Source: Oculina patagonica (taxonomy: Eukaryota). Taken from it: a stretch of 64,000 nucleotides of DNA. Below, in pieces: positions 24,501 to 34,429 of this stretch. The stretch covers positions 372,001 through 436,000 of the forward strand of contig NC_135762.1 in NCBI RefSeq assembly GCF_052425735.1. Reading direction: 5' to 3'. The notes beneath the pieces were generated by a model. The model searched no databases, was not told the origin of the DNA, and saw nothing but the letters and a program-made list of their open reading frames with translations. The position numbers and the translations under genes are program-made. How positions within the stretch are numbered: the stretch's first letter is position 1; every line of letters begins with the position of its first letter.

Positions 24501-26648
24501 ACACATAGAAATATTATCCATCAATCAAGAGATCCTCTTCTTCAGACAAAGAGAAGGCAACTATTTACCATCACTCAGACTTCTGCACAAATGTAAGTAT
24601 TAATATTTTAAATTAACATGGTGTTAAATTTTATATTGACATTAATTGCCTTAGTTTCATTGATTATCGCTCCAACAATGAATGTTACTCGTAAAGTAAT
24701 ATACATTGCTGGTCTACATTAACAATTCATCAGTTCCATTTTGATTGCCTTTAGAAGAGCTTGCAAAGAATGGCTAGACATTTATGAAAGTGTAGTAAAG
24801 ATGTTTATTGAAGCTGGGATTTTCATTGGTATCTTGTAGAAACAGTAATTCTATATCAGAGTATGAAGAAGATTGATTTTTTGCACCCGTGTAGAAAAAT
24901 GTTTACATTCTTATTCTTCAATTTCTTCTTTTACATTTTTATCCTGCAGCAATAATTATTTTAGACATGTCCTGATCTTAATTCTGGGGCTGCATTTTTG
25001 TATTAACATTACATTTTTTTTTTTTTTTACACAGATCCTGTCATATTACCATGCCAGCAGGTTGACAAAGGAGCAATCAAGTTTCTTTTAAGTGGCGCAA
25101 ATGTGATGTGTCGAGGCCTGACCAGTCCAGGAGCTAAATTAGCTGACTTACCCAAAGAAGCAATAGTTGTATCCTTTCCTATTCAATATATGAAAGGCAT
25201 TTTTGCCTCATGCTGTGTTGTAAGCCTCTGGATTGAGATAAAATTTGAAGGTCAGGGAAAAGTCAGGGAATTTCATTTTGATTCAGGGAAAAATTGACAG
25301 TTTTAAGAAAAGTCGGAGATAACACCTCTGATTTAATACCATTGGTTTCTGGAAGAAGCATTTCAGGTCAATGTGACCCCTGTGATGTGTTCTTTTGGAA
25401 GGGGAGGCTGGAGGCTGCTGCTACAACTGACATTTTGTATTTATTTGGTCAGGGAATTTTATATTTACCATGGATTAGGTTCATTTTTATGACTTGCCTA
25501 CTTACTATGTGAAGAGCAGTTATCATCAATCATAATACATTTCCTTGGGTCTTTCTTTCCACCCTGCAAGTGTTTTGTTTGCCTTAATTGAAGGTCAGGC
25601 AATAACAGCTGAGGGAAAACAACATGCAATAGCCATTGGAAAAATGACAATGTCTGCAGATGAAATGTAAGTACTGCAATCCAAATAGCATGTGTGACAG
25701 ACGAAATAACTTGTGTGAGAATGCAAAGAATGAGGTGGACGATACAATTGGCGTGACAATTCTAACAATATATATGATGATTTAAATAACATGCGTGACA
25801 ACTTAAATAACAATCATGAAGATCCAAATAATGTGCGTGACAATTCAAATAACATGCGTGACGATCCAAATTCAAGCGTGACAACCAGATATATCGCCTT
25901 CAACGGAGACTGTAGTTGATAGTTTACAACTGTTTACCGAAGTGGAGGTGGCAAAGCGGCGAGGTAAATATCCACCACTAGCCACCGACACTGAGGTGAA
26001 TAGTTGTTTTAGTATAAACTAAACCAGTGAGACAATATAGCCTGAAAGAATGACTTCTGACTGTTTATTCCTGTCAACGATTGCAATTTTCTTGCGTGCA
26101 TTACTCTGTTACTCAGAGGTGAATAGTTAACAATTATTCTGCGAAATCGCGCGGAATATCGCCTGATACTTAGCCGACGAGGCCGTAGGCCGAGTAGGCT
26201 AAAATCAGACGATATTCCGCAAGATTGAGCAGGATAATTGTTTTATTATTCAACAAATTGTCCACGAAACACTTTTTGCAGATAGACAAACTGTAATTAT
26301 GCAGCGCTTTACAAGATTTCGGACGAAACTTTGCAACCTACGTATATCGCAGGATATCTGTTATGTACGGATGACAGATAACGTTGACATTTTGACCATA
26401 TATGGGCAGCGCGCGCATGTGTTGAATAATATTTGGAGTTTGAGTAGCCAATCAGCGCGCGACAAAAACGCCATCCACTGTTTTAGTAAGTACTAATATG
26501 TTTATAACAGTGGTCATAAGGGTGCAGACTGAGACTATTAATTTGTTCTTTTTCTCTTAACAGAAAACAAACCAACAAAGGCATTGGCATTGAGGTGATC
26601 CACTACTTAAATGATGGACTCTGGCAAATGAAACAGCTGGAAAAATGA
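21534..26648 (+). CDS. MCTS1: Malignant T-cell-amplified sequence 1 (PUA-domain re-initiation factor, Tma20 homolog)
   Basis: Exons 21534-21544, 22909-23061, 24495-24592, 25035-25168, 25599-25666, 26564-26648: [12 protein letters not shown]...KCHEHIE...FFRQREG...LRLLHKYP...[25 protein letters not shown]...AEGKQHA...[20 protein letters not shown]. Confidence 0.95.
22192..22780. mobile_element. Palindromic composite of four tRNA-derived SINE heads in MCTS1 intron 1
   Basis: Outer arms aagatggtaagtgttcaacatgac / gtcatgttgaacacttcatctt; A-box-like tcagttggttagagc and B-box-like ggtt(c/t)gattccc twice on each strand; ~21-bp direct repeat at 22169-22189 and 22782-22803. Confidence 0.8.
23484..23949. 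mobile_element. Tc1/mariner-type MITE, copy 2
   Basis: Near-identical to 15213-15675; taccgtaatgattc / gaatcataacggta termini. Confidence 0.85.
25169..25598 (+). other. U12-type (minor spliceosome) GT-AG intron in MCTS1
   Basis: 5' site GTATCCTTT; branch-like tgccttaat at 25580-25588, about 11 nt before the AG; no polypyrimidine tract; junction restores ...EAIV|AITAEGK. Confidence 0.85.
25750..25885. repeat. Degenerate ~21-bp minisatellite
   Basis: Recurring gcgtgacaa...aaataaca(t) units. Confidence 0.55.
25918..26497. mobile_element. Nested hairpin-type interspersed repeats (unclassified)
   Basis: Inner element ~26128-26430 opens with a ~110-nt hairpin (aacaattattctgc...gcaggataattgtt) and recurs at 50831-51138; it interrupts an outer element with gtggaggtggc / gccaccgacac inverted motifs. 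Confidence 0.6.
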
Positions 26649-27550
26649 TAATAAAAAATAAACAAAGTGTATAAATTTGAAATGTGTTGGGCATCCTCAA
26701 TGCAATGCACTATAATGGACGAAACAAAGGAAAGCAATGTCCAAGATGTTTGTTTATAGTAACAATAAATAGAACATTTTATCATTTTGACCATTTTCTA
26801 GTGTTGTTAATGTCAGGGTATTTTTGGTTTGTTGGCTCCATTGGTATGAGGAAGTTAAATTGCAAGTTTTGTTAAAAACCGTTCAATCTTGCTCGGTTTC
26901 TCATTTGAATAACATGCAAAAATTGCCTCCTGTGCCTCGCTTGTATCCAAGACAAGTGAAAACTGGTGACTTAATGCTGTGGGATTACTCTGTAAGATCA
27001 GAAGGCCTTTACCTTGTACGTTAAGTGCACTCGATCTTCCAACTACAAAACAGTGTCCCTAGACTAAGTCGGCGTTTTACCGTTTGAAAAAGTTTGAGGC
27101 CTGGACTTATAAGTACTTGGAGTTTAGCTGCTCAAGTAAACTCCAGATAGATCGCCTAAAAGAACTACTGGCGAACAAGATTCGGGTTTAGAACCTGAAG
27201 TGACAAACGGCTCCTTTAGGAGCCACCACATCCATCAAAAGCAATGATCAACAACAACTACAGGTTTCAATATGTTTATTGTTTATTTCTTTAAGGTTTT
27301 TAATGCTATATCTGACCCCAAACTAGGCAGTTTACACCCCCTGAAATCAATGGTCTCGTAGATAAGCCGCACCCTCGATTTTTAGGCCAAAATTTCAGCA
27401 AAAAGGTGCGGCTTATACACGAGTCTTTACGGTAGCCAAAATTTTATCCGAAATTCGCCAAAATAAACAAGGATAGAATCCGAATTTCATTTCACTGAAA
27501 ACCCTGTCAAGATTCCTTGGAAATCAATGACGCACTAGTTGACAGATATA

Positions 27551-27732
27551 AGAGGGTAGCAAAGGGGGATTCGTGATCCCGTTTCACGCACAAACTTTAA
27601 CCAAATTCACGTATAACGTTAACTTGAAATTGCAGAATTCACGAGTCACGTGTCTTTTCTAGCTATTTTCACGCATCACGGTCTAATTTTTGCCCTTTTC
27701 ACGTGTCACGCATAAGCCCTTTGCTACCCTCT
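27551..27732. mobile_element. MITE with 4-bp TSD (Sola-like)
   Basis: TIRs agagggtagcaaaggg / ccctttgctaccctct flanked by tata on both sides. Confidence 0.65.
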
Positions 27733-29185
27733 TATAAATTTGCCATCAACTAGAAAACTTAAAGGAAATTTTTGGAAGGAATGGCAAAGTGCGCCCTGAC
27801 TTGTGACAAATGGCTTAACAGGATTTCCAAATTAGGTGTTTTTCAAATGTGGGGTAAAATTATGTGCCAAAATAAAGAGAGAAAATAAATGGACATCTGA
27901 CTCCTTTGTGGAAAGTTTTTCACAAACGAACGCTATCGGTAGTATAGTGACGCCGTACATTTTTATGAGTCCGTGATAAATTATTTTGCAACAAGAACAT
28001 TGAGAAGCTTGAGAAGCTTAAAATCGGGCGCTTTGCCTTGAAAGGCAGGGTTCAGTACAGCAGAAACCACGAAGCAGTTACTTAAGTAGCACTCAGTCCG
28101 ACTGTGTTTGTGTAAGTCACAGGGCTTGCATGAGCTGTATTAGTGTGCATAATATAATATCTAGAACGTTGTCGAGATTGCATTATTACTTAATGACATG
28201 ATGGTTTCAATTTATAAATGTATCTCACACAATACAAATAAACGATTGAAGTAGACGACTAGACAATGTAAAGTTTGACTTAGCAAAGTGCAGTGTATTG
28301 GTAATACTGTAAGGTGCGGTTTCACCTGACGGTCGTGTGCTTTTCGGTATTTTCCAGGCATTGCACTTTGATGGGACAGTACTACAACTGTTTACCGGGG
28401 AACTACTATTGTCAAGAAAATGATCACAACTTGTTGATGAATGATTGAACATTTGTTTCATACCATTACTGTAATAGCAATTGATGAAGGCTTTTAGTAC
28501 TGAACCAAAGTATAAGGACTGGGAAATACTGAAACCCATTATCAGCCACCTTAAACGGAAATATCTTGTTGGTGTTTCAAGGAATACAAGGAAACTTCAC
28601 TCATCCCATGTATCTATGTATTGCAGTATTTTGTAATTTTTTGAGTGATTTTTGGGGATGTTTGGCAGGTGATAGTTTTTTTAAAAGAATTAGTAAAATT
28701 TAGACAACTAAGAAATATTGAAAATTTAATGTGAATTTAACATTGGAATTTGAAGTTAGAAATTGGCAGACGGACACCAAACAGTCCCGTGACATCCTGG
28801 AGTGTTTTTGCATGGGGGTCAACTGTGTGATGATGTTTCCATTTTTTTCTTCAATCCCCACTGATAAAGAACTGTTGTTGGTGTTATGTTGGTGTTATCA
28901 CATGTCAAGCCTTTAACAAGGTATGAAAGAACACAAGGATTTAAATTATTCTGGTGCTCAATTTTTGCGTAACTAAAATTAATGTTACTCAAATTCCTGA
29001 TGGATTCTGTCTTAAACTGTTACGAGCTTAGTATTTCCAAATTATTGCATGTCAATGTAAGGCAAGACAAGACATGCCTTGGTTCTTATGTAATTCTCTT
29101 AAAAACACATAAGATATTGACTATAATTTTGTCTGTGCTATGGCAATTCACAGTGGGGTGGTCTTGATGTGTCTTTAACTTGTAG

Positions 29186-30096
29186 ACTGGACTGGACTAG
29201 TAAAACGCGGACTTGTAAAACGCCTCTAGACACTTCGAATTCCTTGGCCACAATCATCTTACGGCTCTCTTCAATACATAATGTCTCAAAAAAACAGTAA
29301 CCTCAGAAAGAAGTCAGAAGCAAATAAGGTCGAAAGACCGAATTTGAACATATAACGGCAAATGTTCTAATGTCACGAACGTAGGAGTCGTGTAGGCCCG
29401 TCACCTTTATTTACCACATACTGCCCCCAAATTAAAACAGTACCCTCAGAAAGAAGTCAGAAGCAAATAAGGTCGAAAGACCGAACTTAAACATTTAACG
29501 GCAAATATTCCAATGTCACGAACGTAGGAGTCGTGTAGGCCCGTCACCTTTATTTACGATTGACTGTTGATTTCTGGACGGGCCCCGTTCTACCTCGTGC
29601 GAGCAATACAAACGACTGCACTCAACAGACGTCAAGTAGTGGAAAGAAAGAAACATATGCACACAACTCATAGCATCAATCCCGTTGTTTTAGTAGGGGT
29701 TTGCAGAACGAACATGTGCTATACTGCAAAAACATCTCCACGCTAAAACAGACCATAGAGTGCTCAAAAAAGCTAGAAATATGCCGTCGAAGAAACACAC
29801 AAGAGCTTCAAACACAAATTGTTTCGCTCGCTAAACCGTTTAGTTTCCGTTTAGTGTCCGCGTTCTACAAGTCCGTGCTTAACAAGCCCTCGTTTTACAA
29901 GTCCGCGTTTTACAAGTCCGCGTTTTACTAGTCCTCGTTTTACAAGTCCGCGTTTTACTAGTCCGCGTTTTACCAGTCCGCCTTTTACAAGTCCGCGTTT
30001 TACTAGTCCGCGTTATACTAGTCCGCATTTTACAAGTCCGCGTTTTACTAGTCCGCGTTTTACTAGTCCAGTCCAGTCCTCGAAATACAGTATGCC
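29186..30096. mobile_element. Non-autonomous DNA element with subterminal 15-bp tandem repeats
   Basis: gactggactggactagtaaaacgcggac at left is inverted relative to the gtccgcgttttac(aa/ta) array at ~29866-30070 and agtccagtccagtc; internal ~120-bp direct duplication (~29291-29414 / ~29434-29556). Confidence 0.65.
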
Positions 30097-31652
30097 AAAA
30101 CTCCCCGCCCTCTAAAGATAAGTCCTTGACGGTTCTTGTCGTTTTTCGGTGCCTATTCATCTTCGGCATCTTTCTCATCCACCTCTCGTTCTGTCCTGTG
30201 TCTGTCATCACACGAAAGAAAAGCTGATTCTCAAAAAATCTGCCACAAAAGGAAATTGACAAAAACAATATGAAAACCATATATCGAAAGTTTCTTATTC
30301 TAAAATTTTATCATACGTCTTAATTCAGAGCTACAAAGAAGTTCCTCCTTTTGAGTTATTGATACTGTTCTTACAGTACCTCTTTCCACTAGCGAAATTT
30401 TACAAAATTCCTTCGCGGCGAAAAGGTAGCGCGAATCCAGAACAGACTCCAATCGAGAGTGGGTTGAATAATTCTAGATTACTATTAATTAACTATTACA
30501 ACATTCATTTTTAAAATAGTTTCCCAAGCCGACTAAGCTAACTAAACGTCGAGTGTATCTTTCAGTAAACAAAACATGCCGTTATGACGCCGGAAATCCA
30601 GCTCACGCATACTATACCCCGTGACTCACGCAAACCTCCGACTTACGTGCTACTACAGTCATTCCTTTCTAAACATTTTTTTTTGACCACCACCGTACCT
30701 TTCTACCCAAAAAACTCATGAAACCGCCCGGTTTTAACCTGTTTTAACCTTTCAAAAATTAGAGCGTTCGAAACTAAATAAGATCCGTAATCACAAACAA
30801 CATACAGCCGTTTACCAGCACTCTTTAAAACTCCTGAAACCCTTCAAAATCAGGCAAAATAAATCTTTGAAATAACCTTTATCAATGTTTCTTATTTTTT
30901 ATTCAGTTCTATAAAATGCCTTTCATACACTACTGTCAAACAAAAATTTCAATTTCCTCAAAGTTTCAAGACAAAAGAATAACAAATATTTCGTGCACAA
31001 TGTAATTTGATTAAGCCAATATTATCACGTCTAAAAATACTTCAAGCAATTCAGTGAAAACCCGTTTTTTTTTCGTATCAACGAAAACCACTTTCGAATA
31101 ATCAATACATGAAAATAACAATAAGATCAAAAGGAAGAAAGGAACCTTTCTAATTATTTGAAGACTTTCAAAGCCGTGATATTATGCATCCAATCCGCGA
31201 TAAAATTTAATTACAACAAAATCCAAGTTCTCATTTTGAATTCCATTTTTTTCAGTTGATACCTTTATCCAACTTGTGAAAAATTCCATTCAAGTTCCTA
31301 TTAATACTGTACATTCCCAATGTTTTGCTCAGGTCTTAAGAAGCGTCTTACTAACCAAATCTAAAATAATTCCAAAACATGCTGTACAAACATTCTACTC
31401 TTTGTGACAAACGACTTGACGACCAATTGTTCGAAATGAAAATCGACACAGTTCTTCCTAAATAAAAAAAAAGTTTTACGGCGGAGTCAGGCTCAAAAAA
31501 TATACCGCAAGATCACACCCCCATTCATAGTCAGAAACCAGCAAACCATCTAGTTTGCTAAAAAAAACACTGCGTGACATCAATGACGTTACCTTTTTCA
31601 TTTACAAAAATAACTTTAACTTGTCAAAGTAAGTGCAATTTCACAATGGTGA

Positions 31653-33464
31653 ATATATCGGCCCAGTTCTCGGCCGGGTCCAGTTCTCGGCCACTTTGTG
31701 TTTAACGCGTTTTTTCACACTCCAGTTGAATCAAAAAGAAAAGGTATTTCCTTCAAACGATAGACTGATTCATGTGCTTTAAGTATCTTGAGTTTGATCG
31801 TTCAATTCGATATAGAAAGCTCACACGTCGAGTTTACGCGGAGGTAGTTGTTTGTTTACGGCTCCAAATTCATGGATGTAGTTAAATTCGTATTTTATCC
31901 AAAAGCCCCCACCATACGAGCTAATTTTTGGCATGTGAAACGTAGAATAATTCAGCTTTCTGCTTTAGTTAACTTTTCGTTGAACCGTTGTATTTTTTGG
32001 TCTTAATTTACTTCGAAATTTTTTCTTGCGACGTTTGCGTATTTGCCAGTTCTCGGCCACCCTGCTCGCTATCACAGCTTAGCGCTTGGTTTTTAATATA
32101 ATTTCATCTGCTGCTGCCAGAATGAAAGAAATAAATGTTTTAAAAATAAAGTTCAATCTTATCTCTAAGTTTTGAGCTGACTCTTGTCTTGTCTATTATT
32201 TCTACAACACCTAAATATTTCAAGACCTTTTCACTGCAAAATAAACCATCTAAATGCACGGGTCACACAATGCGGTTTTGCCAGAACCTGCACATAGGCA
32301 ACTAGGCGCGTTAAAATCCTTCTTTTCTAAAGTAAAACAAAGCATCATAAAAATAATTTGGGATCGATATAGTATAAATAGGTTTACAGAGTGATTTTAT
32401 GACTGTGAAAATTAATTGAGCATTTTTTTTACAGATAATTACGCACACGCTTTTTAGTGGCTGAGAACTGGGCCAAGGTGGCCGAGAACTGGGCCCACAA
32501 ATGGAGCTTTTATTTTTATTATTGCTCGGGCAAATTAATTTTTGACCGGTCGATAGCTTTACACCAAAAAGCTGAATAATGTAGCTAGCTCTGGGAGAAA
32601 TTTCAAGTTCCTGCGGTTCTTCTGAGGTAAGAAATACAAGTTTACGTCAAAAGTGGCCGAGAGCTGGGCCAAGGTGGCCGAGAACTGGGCCCACAAATGG
32701 AGCTTTTATTTTTATTATTGCTCGGGCAAATTAATTTTTGACCGATCGATAGCTTTACACCAAAAAGCTGAATAATGTAGCTAGCTCTGGGAGAAATTTC
32801 AAGTTCCTGCGGTTCTTCTGAGGTAAGAAATACAAGTTTACGTCAAAAGTGGCCGAGAACTGGGCCAAGGTGGCCGAGAACTGGGCCCACAAATGGAGCT
32901 TTTATTTTTATTATTGCTCGGGCAAATTAATTTTTGACCGGTCAATAGCTTTACACCAAAAAGCTGAATAATGTAGCTAGCTCTGGGAGAAATTTCAAGT
33001 TCCTGCGGTTCTTCTGAGGTAAGAAATACAAGTTTACGTCAAAAGTGGCCGAGAACTGGGCCAAGGTGGCCGAGAACTGGGCCCACAAATGGAGCTTTTA
33101 TTTTTATTATTGCTCGGGCAAATTAATTTTTGACCGGTCAATAGCTTTACACCAAAAAGCTGAATAATGTAGCTAGCTCTGGGAGAAATTTCAAGTTCCT
33201 GCGGTTCTTCTGAGGTAAGAAATACAAGTTTACGTCAAAAGTGGCCGAGAACTGGGCCAAGGTGGCCGAGAACTGGGCCCACAAATGGAGCTTTTATTTT
33301 TATTATTGCTCGGGCAAATTAATTTTTGACCGGTCGATAGCTTTACACCAAAAAGCTGAATAATGTAGCTAGCTCTGCGAGAAATTTCAAGTTCCTGCGG
33401 TTCTTCTGAGGTAAGAAATACAAGTTTACGTCAAAAGTGGCCGAGAACTGGGCCCCATACTGTA
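31653..33464. mobile_element. TIR element whose right end is tandemly amplified
   Basis: Left ggcccagttctcggcc motifs (31660-31695) are inverted to the right-end ggccgagaactgggcc motifs; right end ...ccccatactgta. Confidence 0.6.
32457..33456. repeat. 196-bp tandem array, 5 full units plus partial
   Basis: Unit starts gtggc(c/t)gagaactgggcc at 32457, 32653, 32849, 33045, 33241, 33437; units differ at only a few positions. Confidence 0.95.
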
Positions 33465-34429
33465 CTTTGCACCGTAAGCTTTTTTCTCTGTCCTCCCGCC
33501 GAAGCAAAAAAACACAACCTGATTACACATTAACCCAAAAGTCGACCAAGTGTGCCTGCAACGATTTCCTGTCAAAACTAAAATGAAAACCATTGCGGTA
33601 TGCGTCACCCGTAGCGGTTTTGTAGCAACCCCGAGCTATCCCCGTCTTTTTGGCCGCGCCAGGAGACTACGCTCTAGGACGACCAAAGGGTAAACCTTAA
33701 ATCGGCCACGCCCGATTAATAATTTGGCAGGCCGAAAGTTTAAATACATATTAAAGTCAAGACACAAGTCATTTATCCATTTTTACCCAAAATTTTCAAA
33801 ATATGACATGATAATTCGTGCTTTTGCGCGACATTTGTCGAATAGTTTATTGTTCAATGCAAAAAAAATCTTCCCGAAATATTCAGATTGAGCAAAGCGC
33901 ATTTATTGCAGGTGAAATGTATCAGGAAGTCGCCGATCATTTTGGTATTAGTCAACTGGTCAAAGTTGGGTGCGAGCCTTCGTCTTCTTCGATGTGCTTC
34001 TGATCTTTGGGTTTGTTCACGTTTTATAGCTTGCCTTTGTTGTTTTTTCGTCTTGTTGTTATAGCTTATTGTAGGTTTCGTTTTATAGCTTTCGTTTCAT
34101 TCAGTCGGCGTTAAACCGTATTAAGTAACTGAGCCATGTGAAAGTTTCGGCGTGCATATCGCTTTGTTTGGCGAAGCACGGAACAGTAGGCAAGAATGTT
34201 TGCTCCGGCCACAATTACACTTTTTAGTTTGTACTAAATTTATAATTGTCATGAACGCTTATTTTGCGATCATGGATTAGTAGAAGAGACTCTTTTCAAC
34301 TCTTTCAGTATCCACGCGTTCCTCCAGTTTTCTGCATTCTCTCCATTTTTCTCTCTATTTTCCCACCAGTCTCCGTCGTTCGTAGCATGATATCGAGGCT
34401 CCCAAGGCGCGAAAACAGAATTTTCCAAG

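Noticed and set aside
29879-30280. KTRTS/KTRTC repeat protein
   Set aside because: Translation of a stop-free 15-bp DNA repeat at a transposon end.
32457-33456. CRISPR-like array
   Set aside because: The 'spacers' are identical, the context is eukaryotic and there are no cas genes; it is a plain tandem repeat.
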